Of a stretch of DNA of 64,000 nt, positions 30,714 to 38,857 are shown piece by piece. The notes below the pieces were generated by a model. It saw only the letters and a list, made by a program, of their open reading frames with translations, made no database searches and was not told the DNA's origin. The number at the start of each line of letters is the position of its first letter. The stretch's first letter is position 1. A program made the translations under genes and the position numbers. Origin of the DNA: a virus; the IMG/VR virus record IMGVR_UViG_3300043466_002666. One strand, written 5' to 3'.

Positions 30714-31166
30714 TCACGACCTATTTCCCCACTGGATTTCGGGATATGCCTCCTCCACACATGCTCTGGTAATCTTATACTTTTTACCTAGAGTTTTATC
30801 TTTTACCATACAAAGCACCTTTGCTTCATCTTGGTGAAGTCCTTCCAGTAACTGAATGAACATGACCTCTCGTTTGCTAGTTGATAGACCATCATTACCA
30901 CCCTTTACGAAATTGTATAGAATTCTGTATTGGTGAAGTAAGCGAGTGTGTTCAGTATCTGCAGGAGCTTCGTTAGGAGTATATGGAACTTCTCCCTCGG
31001 GTAAAAGACTAATTACACTATCATCAAAATTCCAAATTAAAATTGATTGTAGTGCTGCAGTTTTATACCTATGCAGTAATTCAATTTTTTCTTTTTTTGT
31101 TTTTGCATTGGAAACTTTTTGCAATACTTCAGAAAGCAAAAGTCTCTCTACTGGTAGTTCAGCCAT
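30714..31166 (-). CDS. Conserved T4-like hypothetical protein
   Basis: LLSEVLQKVS...LPEGEVPY...REVMFIQLLEGLH..EA; conserved downstream of rnh. Confidence 0.75.
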   Translation of the reverse strand: MAELPVERLLLSEVLQKVSNAKTKKEKIELLHRYKTAALQSILIWNFDDSVISLLPEGEVPYTPNEAPADTEHTRLLHQYRILYNFVKGGNDGLSTSKREVMFIQLLEGLHQDEAKVLCMVKDKTLGKKYKITRACVEEAYPEIQWGNRS

Positions 31167-31169
31167 GAG

Positions 31170-32051
31170 TTAAAAATCCTCCAATTCATTTAATAATGAG
31201 ACTAGTTTATTTTCAATGAAATAATTCATTGAAACCTTATTAGGTTTACTACTATTTAATAGATTAAATTCGGTGACAATTTTATCTTCTATTTCAGATG
31301 GAATTTGCGTAAGATCAATTAGTTTTAAATTCCGATGGTAGTTTGATAATTGTTCTTCATTACAATAAGTTTCTGGTTCTGAATGAATCCACTTAGCAAT
31401 GTTCTTTTTACTAATTGGTTTTTGTCTTTTGCCAGTGACAAAAGTATCAGAAGCAGATAAAAAGTTAGGAATGCCATCAGACCTATCACCTTTAATTACG
31501 TGTTCTTTTATATAAAGTTTTGGATTTATGTCGGCATTGACATATTTCTTTTGGGTAGGATTATACTGAGATACACAAGGATACTTTAATAATTGAATGA
31601 AGTCCTTATCTCCAGATAAAATTAAAACTTTTTCGGTGGATAGATTTTGTTTTTGTCGTTGAATGTTCTGTGTAGCAACAAATTTAGATAATGCTGCGAT
31701 TATATCATCTGCTTCTGCTCCATACACTTCCATAACAACGTATGGAAAATTGTCACGAATTTCATCACGTATTTTGTTGAGAATGTCAAAAATTTGACTC
31801 CAATCAAATGATGATTTTTCTCGGTCTTTTTTTCTGTTTTGTTTATAATATGGGAAGTATTCTTTTCTCCAATAGTGTTTGCTATCGTAACAAAGAACTA
31901 AATTCCCATATTCGGCATGAAATTTCTTTTTGTATGATTTGAGAGATGTAAGTACCATGTGACGGACCATATTTTCATCAAGTCCGTCACTCAGTCTAGT
32001 CTGCATCATCAAATTACTAATCATGCACTGATTCATATCAACCAGTATCAT
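31170..32051 (-). CDS. rnh: T4 RNase H (5'-3' exonuclease)
   Basis: MILVDMNQ, YWRK..FPYYK, AEADDII, SGDKDF.QL, GDRSDGIPN. Confidence 0.95.
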   Translation of the reverse strand: MILVDMNQCMISNLMMQTRLSDGLDENMVRHMVLTSLKSYKKKFHAEYGNLVLCYDSKHYWRKEYFPYYKQNRKKDREKSSFDWSQIFDILNKIRDEIRDNFPYVVMEVYGAEADDIIAALSKFVATQNIQRQKQNLSTEKVLILSGDKDFIQLLKYPCVSQYNPTQKKYVNADINPKLYIKEHVIKGDRSDGIPNFLSASDTFVTGKRQKPISKKNIAKWIHSEPETYCNEEQLSNYHRNLKLIDLTQIPSEIEDKIVTEFNLLNSSKPNKVSMNYFIENKLVSLLNELEDF

Positions 32052-32054
32052 AAA

Positions 32055-32285
32055 TTAATCCTCTTCGTCTTCGTCTTCCTCTTCTTCAAAGCGTACAGCA
32101 ATCAATTCTTCGGTAATATAGTTTCCATTTTCATCATACATTTCTGGATGTCCAGTTGCATTATTTGAAATTGGATTGAAGTATTCATTTGCGAACCATC
32201 CAAAAACCATACCAACTAAAAATGATAATCCTATTAGAACAAAACCTACTGCAAATACAGTGAGCAAAAGTAATAGATTTGTCAT
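32055..32285 (-). CDS. Small membrane protein
   Basis: N-terminal TM helix, HPEMYDENG motif, acidic tail. Confidence 0.65.
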   Translation of the reverse strand: MTNLLLLLTVFAVGFVLIGLSFLVGMVFGWFANEYFNPISNNATGHPEMYDENGNYITEELIAVRFEEEEDEDEED

Positions 32286-32305
32286 GGTTCTCTTCCCGTT
32301 GAGTG

Positions 32306-32464
32306 TTAGTCTTGTATATCTTCTATAAAGATTTTAACTTCCACCCTATAGTTCCTTTTAAATATGGAAACTAATTTATCGAAGTGGAAGTCAGGCTTTT
32401 GCAAGTCTTGTTTCCTCCCACTTATCATTGCTCTTACATTTTTATTTAGTAACTTTTCTGTCAT
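32306..32464 (-). CDS. Small hypothetical protein (52 aa; not in ORF track)
   Basis: MTEKLLNKNVRAMISGRK...IFIEDIQD; ATGA overlap with the upstream stop. Confidence 0.55.
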   Translation of the reverse strand: MTEKLLNKNVRAMISGRKQDLQKPDFHFDKLVSIFKRNYRVEVKIFIEDIQD

Positions 32465-33162
32465 GCAATAACTTTGATTAGAATATGTTTGGAAGTCATT
32501 CTTCCAGATGGAGCCTTTGGTTTAGTAGTTAGATGAGTGCCAATAGATTCAGCATTAAACTTACTACATGAAATAACCTCTGTCAAAAATTCTTCGGGTT
32601 TTCTCAAAGTACGAACCCAAGATTTTTCTGCATCAAACCCATCAACCATTGTACGACGAACTGTAAGAGACCTACCAGTATAGTAACAAAGCTCCCTCTT
32701 TTCTACATTGTAGAGAAACACATGTTTTGCACCAATGATTTCTGTTGCAGGAAGAGGTTTGTAAGTTGTGTCTCCAAATGAAATTGGCTTGTCATATAGA
32801 GTCACATATTTGACCAGCTTTTCAGGAGTAATCTTACGCCGCTTGCGAACAATCTTTTTGGAATCTTTATATGCATAAAGATCATCAAGAATTTGATTTA
32901 ATAGTTCTTTGAAGTCACGAAGTTCAGGACGACGAAAATGAGAATACCCTTCTTTTACAACTTCATCTTGATTGTTGAGAGCAATATCTATTTCTTCAAT
33001 TTGCTCATTTACAAATCCAAGTTTAGTCTCAATAAAATTATTGATTGTTCTGCGGTCAATATCCTCAGATTTCAAAAACTGCATAAAGCTCGCTTTAGGT
33101 TTTTTGCGAGTAATTACAAAGTCATCAATAACTGAATCAATAAAAGCTGCAATTTCACTCAT
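32461..33162 (-). CDS. Conserved T4-like hypothetical protein
   Basis: 233-aa ORF coupled to glutaredoxin; VKEGYSH and RTLRKPEE motifs. Confidence 0.7.
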   Translation of the reverse strand: MSEIAAFIDSVIDDFVITRKKPKASFMQFLKSEDIDRRTINNFIETKLGFVNEQIEEIDIALNNQDEVVKEGYSHFRRPELRDFKELLNQILDDLYAYKDSKKIVRKRRKITPEKLVKYVTLYDKPISFGDTTYKPLPATEIIGAKHVFLYNVEKRELCYYTGRSLTVRRTMVDGFDAEKSWVRTLRKPEEFLTEVISCSKFNAESIGTHLTTKPKAPSGRMTSKHILIKVIA

Positions 33163-33395
33163 AGTAGATTCTGCTCCTTTAGATAAGCAATAGTTTCAGA
33201 AGATCCTCCAGTCAATTTACCATCAATGACCACTCGTGGAAATGTAGAGTTCTCTCCAAATTCAGAGATAAAATTCTCTCTCGTAAAATCATTGCCAAGG
33301 GTATACTCAATGAAATCTACATTAAGTAAATTGAATACTGTTTTAATTTTTTCGCAATAGGGACAATCCTCTTTACTGTAAATCGTAACCTGCAT
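33159..33395 (-). CDS. nrdC: Glutaredoxin
   Basis: IYSKEDCPYC, TFPRV, IDG..GG. Confidence 0.9.
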   Translation of the reverse strand: MQVTIYSKEDCPYCEKIKTVFNLLNVDFIEYTLGNDFTRENFISEFGENSTFPRVVIDGKLTGGSSETIAYLKEQNLL

Positions 33396-33418
33396 AAGTG
33401 CCTTTGAATCACCCTGAT

Positions 33419-33455
33419 ATCATAGCAGAAAAAAGGGGGTCTGTCAAGACCCCCA
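33419..33455 (-). promoter_or_regulatory. Sigma70 promoter fused with a terminator hairpin
   Basis: GGGGGTCT-TGAC-AGACCCCC hairpin plus T-tract carries the TTGACA; 17 nt then TATGAT. Confidence 0.75.
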
Positions 33456-33460
33456 GAGGA

Positions 33461-33619
33461 CTAAAATTTTTTGAACATCCACTTAAGCTTAATGTATCTT
33501 AATTGCAGTTCTGTCAACAAATGTTTTACTTTAATGCTGATCCAATCCAATACATTTGGATCAATCACACAAACATAAGTAAATATCATTGCAAATAAAA
33601 TAAAATATAGCTGCATCAT
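33461..33619 (-). CDS. Small membrane protein (52 aa; not in ORF track)
   Basis: MMQLYFILFAMIFTYVCVIDPNV...; fills the gap and overlaps the upstream stop. Confidence 0.5.
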   Translation of the reverse strand: MMQLYFILFAMIFTYVCVIDPNVLDWISIKVKHLLTELQLRYIKLKWMFKKF

Positions 33620-33801
33620 TCTAGTGGATCATCTGTAGTTACATTTTCAGCATTATCAAAATATCCGCTTTCAATTGCATCAGAAAGAAGTTGCTGTAAT
33701 AAATCTTCCACAGAAACTCCTTTTTCTTTTGCAAGTGCCTCTGCGATTGCCGCAGTCTCATCATCCAGTTCAATTTGAAGTTCTTCAGTTTCAGCTGCCA
33801 T
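33616..33801 (-). CDS. Small acidic protein, possible ribbon-helix-helix
   Basis: LQIELDDETAAIAEALAKEKGVSVEDLLQQLL. Confidence 0.55.
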   Translation of the reverse strand: MAAETEELQIELDDETAAIAEALAKEKGVSVEDLLQQLLSDAIESGYFDNAENVTTDDPLE

Positions 33802-33803
33802 AG

Positions 33804-34004
33804 TTAATTAAAAGGTAAAGGTAGTTCATCATATCCTGGGGGATAATCATGTTCATCATTGTAGCATGGATTTATACATGGAGAATCAACTTTTCGATAT
33901 TGACATACTCTTTGTGCCAAGTAATTTAAATCTCCAGGTTTACCAAAAGAAAATTTGGCTATTCCGTCTTCAATAATTACCCCACATGCAGGACATTTTT
34001 CCAT
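33804..34004 (-). CDS. Cys-rich hypothetical protein
   Basis: CPACG...RVCQY...CINP. Confidence 0.6.
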   Translation of the reverse strand: MEKCPACGVIIEDGIAKFSFGKPGDLNYLAQRVCQYRKVDSPCINPCYNDEHDYPPGYDELPLPFN

Positions 34005-34028
34005 ATCAACCTCAGTTTAAAGGTGATA

Positions 34029-34184
34029 CTATTTAGTCTCAGCTTGATATTTGTGTTTTAATTCATTGACAATCATAATTGATTTTTTTAATCCCAGTGC
34101 ATACTCATTGTGTCCATGCTTGACGGAAATTTGTATGCTGTGTTGAATTCGTTCACATAGTTCTTTGTAAAATTGTTCATCCAT
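34029..34184 (-). CDS. Hypothetical protein (start revised to MDEQF)
   Basis: The 5' part of the track ORF is tRNA-Ser; ATG at 34184 follows it. Confidence 0.55.
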   Translation of the reverse strand: MDEQFYKELCERIQHSIQISVKHGHNEYALGLKKSIMIVNELKHKYQAETK

Positions 34185-34201
34185 AATGTAATTGTGAACA
34201 A

Positions 34202-34284
34202 CGGAGAGAACAGGAATCGAACCTGCGAAGCTTTTACACCCAGCCGCTTTCAAGGCGGTGTCCTCGACCAACCGGACTCTCTCC
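34202..34284 (-). tRNA. tRNA-Ser(TGA)
   Basis: GGAGAGA acceptor, CT-TGA-AA loop, long variable arm, GGTTCGATTCC. Confidence 0.9.
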
Positions 34285-34315
34285 AAAAAAGTAACCAAAG
34301 GTTACTTATTATATA

Positions 34316-34546
34316 TCAAGAATTTGATTGAGTCCTAGCGTCCATTTGCCTTACAGCATGAATAGGACTTTTCATATAACGTTTAATTTTTTTGAGCTGT
34401 CTATTTAATTGTTTCAAATGTTCTAAATCTTGTTTGATTTCTGATGGACTTTTAATTCGATCTTCATTCAAACTCAGTTCTGGAGTTAGAACTGTTTCTT
34501 CTTCAACTACTTCAGTTGATTCAACATCAATAATTTGATCTTCCAT
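34316..34546 (-). CDS. Hypothetical protein
   Basis: 76-aa ORF with acidic N-terminus and basic coiled C-terminus. Confidence 0.6.
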   Translation of the reverse strand: MEDQIIDVESTEVVEEETVLTPELSLNEDRIKSPSEIKQDLEHLKQLNRQLKKIKRYMKSPIHAVRQMDARTQSNS

Positions 34547-34549
34547 AAT

Positions 34550-34912
34550 TTAACTTCTTGTTTTTAAGTACTCTACTGCCTTATATAGGCCACTAAGATT
34601 ATCGCCAAGATTTCCTAATCCAACATTACATGGATCGCAAATCCATCCACGAAACTTTCCAGTATCATGGCAGTGATCAAGAACAATTTTTTTGTTGTGT
34701 GGGGGTGTCTTGCCACACAGATCACATACCTCTGGTTTTGGTGGTGCCGTTTTTTTCAATTGATACCGAAGTTTACTTTGCTCGCTAATACATGTTCTAC
34801 ACCTAGTATCATGCCTATCCTTATGTCCACGATGTCCAGGAAACTCAGACAGTTTTTTCGTTTTATTGCAATAGACACATGATTTAGTTTTTAATTCATC
34901 AATAATCTCCAT
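34550..34912 (-). CDS. Free-standing endonuclease VII-family (His-Me) homing endonuclease #2
   Basis: CVYC...CRTC zinc module and CDLCG...VLDHCHDTGKFRGWICDPCNVGLG; start revised to MEIID, downstream of the promoter at 34941-34969. Confidence 0.85.
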   Translation of the reverse strand: MEIIDELKTKSCVYCNKTKKLSEFPGHRGHKDRHDTRCRTCISEQSKLRYQLKKTAPPKPEVCDLCGKTPPHNKKIVLDHCHDTGKFRGWICDPCNVGLGNLGDNLSGLYKAVEYLKTRS

Positions 34913-34940
34913 AGGCACCGGAGGCTTTGGTTGCTCTAGC

Positions 34941-34969
34941 ATCATAGCATGGTTTTCAGGGCTTGTCAA
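34941..34969 (-). promoter_or_regulatory. Sigma70-type promoter for endonuclease #2
   Basis: TTGACA-17-TATGAT with extended TG. Confidence 0.7.
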
Positions 34970-35391
34970 GTGCCCTTGAGGTACTCGACCATTGCTTGGA
35001 GAGTACTGATGTTGTCCCCTACAAGACCAAGAGCAGTATTGCAGTGGTGACATAATAGTTTTCGTACTTTACCAGTAGAATGGCAATGATCTACACACAG
35101 TTTTTTCCATTTACCATTTCCTTCATTGCCACAAATAGCACAAAGACCTTCTTGTTCCTCATACATTTTAGTATGCTCGTCAAGAGTTATGCCATAGTTT
35201 CTTTTCAAATCATTATTTCGGGTACGTTCTGGATTTTCCTTGTGTCTAGATTTTACCCTTTCTTTATCACACTCTTTGCAAGATGAATGACGAACTCCAG
35301 TTTTTTTATTGCGAACATAAAACTCAGTAGCAAATTTTTCATCACCACAAGTCATACAAGTTCTATACAAATCAGAATACAATTTAGTCAT
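34966..35391 (-). CDS. F-CphI-like free-standing endonuclease VII-family homing endonuclease #1
   Basis: CMTC...CKEC, YGITL...Q.G.CAICG...LCVDHCHSTGKVRKLLCHHCNTALG; immediately downstream of psbA. Confidence 0.9.
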   Translation of the reverse strand: MTKLYSDLYRTCMTCGDEKFATEFYVRNKKTGVRHSSCKECDKERVKSRHKENPERTRNNDLKRNYGITLDEHTKMYEEQEGLCAICGNEGNGKWKKLCVDHCHSTGKVRKLLCHHCNTALGLVGDNISTLQAMVEYLKGT

Positions 35392-35415
35392 TTCGTGCTT
35401 TCTTTCGTGCTTAAT

Positions 35416-35448
35416 TATTTATAAAAAAGGAACTCCGAAGAGTTCCTT
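35416..35448 (-). terminator. psbA terminator overlapping a late promoter for the endonuclease
   Basis: GGAACTC-TTCG-GAGTTCC hairpin plus T6 running into TATAAATA (35416-35423). Confidence 0.85.
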
Positions 35449-35457
35449 AACATTATA

Positions 35458-37463
35458 TCAACCGATGGTTGGAGCAGTCAAGGCAACTGGTGTTGCTTCA
35501 ACTGATGCAAGGTCAAGAGGGAAATTGTGGGCATTCTTGTAAACCTCTTGAAAGTCTGATATTGCTATCAGGATTGGACTATATCATCACCAGTTCTGGT
35601 GTCGGAAGCTCTAGCCTGTTATTAAGGGGACTAAACCCCTCAGGTAGTCTCTGAACCTTTCCTAGATGCATCTAGGACTTGGCTGCTGATTGCCCGCTTG
35701 GGGTTTCCAGCAATTCATCCGATTTAAAGAGCGCAATACCCAAATCTACGCTCATGCATTACCTCCATACCGAGTCCACCACGATTCAGAATGTCTGCCC
35801 ATGTATTAATTACATGACCCTGACTATCTTGAATTGACTGGTTGAAGTTGAAGCCATTCAGGTTGAATGCCATCGTGCTAACTCCCAGAGCAGTGAACCA
35901 AATACCAACGACAGGCCAAGCAGCCAGAAAGAAATGTAGAGAGCGAGAGTTGTTGAAGGACGCATATTGGAAAATCAAACGACCAAAATAACCATGAGCA
36001 GCTACAATGTTGTAGGTTTCTTCTTCTTGTCCGAACTTGTAGCCGTAGTTCTGTGACTCATTTTCTGTCGTCTCACGTACAAGACTAGAGGTGACAAGAG
36101 ATCCGTGCATAGCAGAGAAAAGAGAACCACCGAAGACACCAGCAACTCCCAGCATATGGAAAGGGTGCATAAGAATGTTGTGTTCCGCCTGGAAAACAAG
36201 CATGTAGTTGAAAGTTCCTGAAATCCCCAGAGGCATTGCATCAGAGAAGGATCCTTGACCGAAGGGATAGACCAGGAACACTGCACTAGCAGCAGCAACG
36301 GGTGCAGAGTAGGCAACACAAATCCAAGGACGCATACCCAGTCGGTAAGATAGTTCCCATTCACGACCCATGTAGGCATAGATACCAATTAGAAAGTGGA
36401 AGACGACCAATTGAAATGGTCCACCATTATATAGCCATTCATCGAGAGAAGCAGCTTCCCAGATGGGATAGAAGTGCAGACCGATAGCATTGCTAGAAGG
36501 AACAACAGCACCAGAAATGATGTTGTTTCCATACATTAGTGACCCAGCAACTGGTTCACGAATCCCGTCGCTTACACCTAACAAACAACCATATCTTTTG
36601 ACTTAGGTTGCTTCTGTTGACGAATTTGATTTGCTCGTTTTGCGTTTTCTACTCTTCCACCATTCTCTACCCACTCTTTCCAAGTTTGTAGATGAGAAAT
36701 ACATTCTTTTATCCTCTCTCCTCGTCTTACTCCCATATAAGGAAGTATTTGTTGTAGAATGGATAAAACTTTTTCTTTTTCTCCGATGTGAAGTGTATAA
36801 ACTTGCTTTCCTTTTACAGTTTTTCTTGATGGTGAGAAGTATGATTTATCTAAAAGTTTACTCAACCTTTGGATAATATCTTCATCTACCATAGAAATTT
36901 TGATAAAAGGTGCTGGTGGAGTATTAGAAACTTCGTAACGGTCTTTGGAACGATTGTCTATTCCAAAGTATCCTTCACCTTCTAATAAACCAGCAATCCA
37001 AGCAACATCAGTTTCAGTTAAGTCTAACATTTTAATCTTGCGTCTTCTGTACTATTTATACAGCATTAGCAAGAAAAAGTCAACAGTAGATGTGTGGACT
37101 ATATCTTCACCCTTCAAAGAAGGGGCTGGGCACTTAAACCTGTTATTAAGGGGACTAAACCCCTCAGGTAGTCTCTGAACCTTCCTCAAGTGTACTTGAG
37201 GCTTGGCTGCTGATTGCCTTTCGGTTTCCAGCAATTCACCCAGTTTCGTCAATACTCTTACGAGTAAGGGACACCGATTAGTTAATGTCTACGGGAGGAG
37301 CAGCAATGAAAGCAACAATGAAACAAATAGTAGCAGCAAGAAGGGTAGGAATCATTAGAGTTCCGAACCAACCGACATAGAGACGGTTATCGGTAGAAGT
37401 TACCCACTCACAGAATTGTTCCCAAGTGTTACTTCCACGCTGTTGAGCGAGGGTAGCAGTCAT
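35458..37463 (-). CDS. psbA: Photosystem II D1 protein, three exons: 37463-37285, 36570-35748, 35535-35458 (359 aa)
   Basis: Exons of 179+823+78 nt sum to 1080 nt and join in frame to restore PPVDIDGIREPV and [15 protein letters not shown]. Confidence 0.97.
35536..35747 (-). mobile_element. Group I intron (212 nt, ORF-less) after psbA codon 334
   Basis: 5' exon ends in U; P1 GAGCGU/GCGCUC; P10 AAUGCCCA/UGGGUAUU; core AAUUGCUGGAAA, AAUCAGCAG, UCAGAGACUA, GAUAUAGUCC; terminal G. Confidence 0.95.
36571..37284 (-). mobile_element. Group I intron (714 nt) within psbA codon 60, carrying a homing endonuclease ORF
   Basis: P1 GACAU/GUGUC with U-G at the splice site; same core elements as the other intron; ACAUCUA/UAGGUGU stem encloses the ORF; terminal G at 36571. 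Confidence 0.95.
36578..37030 (-). CDS. Intron-encoded single-motif LAGLIDADG homing endonuclease
   Basis: [14 protein letters not shown] motif, then [11 protein letters not shown]...YTLHI...ILPYM..RR; own late promoter TATAAATA at 37053-37060. Confidence 0.85.
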   Translation of the reverse strand: MLDLTETDVAWIAGLLEGEGYFGIDNRSKDRYEVSNTPPAPFIKISMVDEDIIQRLSKLLDKSYFSPSRKTVKGKQVYTLHIGEKEKVLSILQQILPYMGVRRGERIKECISHLQTWKEWVENGGRVENAKRANQIRQQKQPKSKDMVVC

Positions 37464-37483
37464 AGTTTTAAAAGAACGTAAGG

Positions 37484-37559
37484 TTTGTAAAAATATGTTA
37501 AGGAATGTGTTGATTCCTTAACACTTATTTATAGTAGCACGCCCCCTCAAATTTGTCAA
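37484..37559 (-). promoter_or_regulatory. psbA control region: overlapping sigma70 and late promoters, 5' hairpin, HLR1-like box
   Basis: TTGACA-17-TACTAT (37559-37531) overlapping TATAAATA (37533-37526); 11-bp inverted repeat at 37496-37523; TTAACATA-TT-TTTACAAA at 37501-37484. Confidence 0.75.
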
Positions 37560-37595
37560 GGGGTTTCCTAAATATAGTTGAGTTGGAAATTACAA

Positions 37596-37760
37596 ATGTA
37601 TAAACTTAACTCCACTGACATAGACTACTTAATTTTAGCTTGCAATGCTTACCAAGAAAAAACTGGTTCTGAAGAAATGTGGGATGTATATAGTGAACTG
37701 AAACAAAAATTACATACTTACATGGAGCAGAACCTATATGGACGAGAGAAGAACATTTAA
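37596..37760 (+). CDS. Small hypothetical protein
   Basis: ATG at 37596 (MYKLNSTD...); divergent from psbA. Confidence 0.55.
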   Translation: MYKLNSTDIDYLILACNAYQEKTGSEEMWDVYSELKQKLHTYMEQNLYGREKNI

Positions 37761-37935
37761 CACTCCTATTAGGGAACCTTGGAATGCACCTATTCATAAT
37801 ATATTAAAAGCTATAGATAATCATACAAGACAATATTTAAAAACTGAAGATCCTTGGCATGAAGAGAAAGCTAATATGTTAAGAGAATATCTACACGAAT
37901 TAAAAACCTGGATACACAAAGAAGAAAATGAATGA
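37738..37935 (+). CDS. Conserved cyanophage hypothetical protein
   Basis: REPWNAPIHNILKAIDNH...LREYLHELKTWI. Confidence 0.65.
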   Translation: MDERRTFNTPIREPWNAPIHNILKAIDNHTRQYLKTEDPWHEEKANMLREYLHELKTWIHKEENE

Positions 37936-38053
37936 CTTTCCATGGGGAGTTTCAATAGGACTCGGAATAGTATTATTAGGCACATTAAGTTTTTTAATCT
38001 ACATTATGATGTTAGATCACTTAGAAGGCAATGACAAAAACAATACTCATTGA
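37928..38053 (+). CDS. Small single-TM protein (41 aa; not in ORF track)
   Basis: MNDFPWGVSIGLGIVLLGTLSFLIYIMMLD...; overlaps the upstream stop. Confidence 0.5.
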   Translation: MNDFPWGVSIGLGIVLLGTLSFLIYIMMLDHLEGNDKNNTH

Positions 38054-38198
38054 GTTGTTGATCATAGCTAGATTATTAACTAATGATGGAATGATGCTGG
38101 AAAATAGAAGACCTCAACCGAAAAGACAATCGGTTGAGGTTCTTCGTTTTATTCGTAGACCAGCTAAAAAAGGCAGAAAATTATTTAAGTTTACCTAA
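38031..38198 (+). CDS. Small basic protein (55 aa; not in ORF track)
   Basis: MTKTILIELLIIARLLTNDG...RRPQPKRQ...FIRRPAKKGRK. Confidence 0.45.
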   Translation: MTKTILIELLIIARLLTNDGMMLENRRPQPKRQSVEVLRFIRRPAKKGRKLFKFT

Positions 38199-38813
38199 TC
38201 CATTTTCCCATAAAGAACCCTCTGCTCGTCTTCTTCTAGCTAATCCTTTCTCTACAGATGATCCTGGATTACGATAACGATAAAGTGCTTCTGGAACAAG
38301 ATGCCAAGATTTATCTTTTAATACTTTGGTAATGGTATTAAACCCATCTGATCCATAAAAATTTGCACCAAGATTATATGCAAATGAAAGTAGTGCTCCT
38401 CTCATTTCTTCATTCATTTCATTCCAATATGGAATCTTGGTTAGTGGAGGAAGAAACTGATTCCTAGCTTGATACTCAAGTAATTCATCTGCCTGTAATT
38501 GAGTAATCTTGTCTGTAATTTTAAATGGTTTTCCATTTAAATCTTTGGTACTTCCCCACCCAATTGTAATTGGAAGTCCACCAGTAAGTGGATCATAATA
38601 AGCACTCAAATGACATCCTTCAAATTCTTTGATTAAATCCAATCCACATTCTGGAACTATAGATGGATTGGATACTTTATATTCGTTTCTAAATCTTTTA
38701 GCAAATTCTTCTAGTACATTGGAAGGAATATTTTTTTGAAGGTATTCCCAAGCATCCATTTGATGCATATATCCTTTTGTATGTGTAGCAGCATCAATGA
38801 GTTTTATAGTCAT
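38181..38813 (-). CDS. GH24 lysozyme / endolysin
   Basis: LIKEFEG...AYYD...TIGWG, ALLSFAYNLG, GLARRR.AE. Confidence 0.9.
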   Translation of the reverse strand: MTIKLIDAATHTKGYMHQMDAWEYLQKNIPSNVLEEFAKRFRNEYKVSNPSIVPECGLDLIKEFEGCHLSAYYDPLTGGLPITIGWGSTKDLNGKPFKITDKITQLQADELLEYQARNQFLPPLTKIPYWNEMNEEMRGALLSFAYNLGANFYGSDGFNTITKVLKDKSWHLVPEALYRYRNPGSSVEKGLARRRRAEGSLWENGLGKLK

Positions 38814-38838
38814 AAAAAAAGGAGGTATTGAACCTCCT
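38814..38838 (-). terminator. Terminator after hli
   Basis: AGGAGGT/ACCTCCT stem plus T-run. Confidence 0.7.
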
Positions 38839-38857
38839 GTATTTAGGAATTAATAAT

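Noticed and set aside
34029-34298. N-terminal extensions of track ORFs 34029-34298, 43230-43505, 45330-45779 and 39385-39639
   Set aside because: The extensions run through tRNAs, structured leaders or promoters, so downstream ATGs were chosen
37055-37083. Sigma70 promoter (TTGACT-17-TATAAA) for the intron endonuclease
   Set aside because: The -10 lacks the conserved final T; the exact late consensus TATAAATA explains the site better
35615-37183. 45-bp direct repeat as a CRISPR repeat or IS/att end
   Set aside because: Only two copies, each inside a group I catalytic core; no spacers, cas genes or transposase
37052-37252. 66-aa ORF, plus + strand ORFs 35469-35654 and 36945-37178 sharing [12 protein letters not shown]
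   Set aside because: These are translations of intron ribozyme cores; the shared peptide reflects the 45-nt RNA identity
35724-37463. psbA as a fragmented pseudogene (61-aa and 286-aa pieces)
   Set aside because: The interruptions are intact group I introns, and splicing restores a full 359-aa D1
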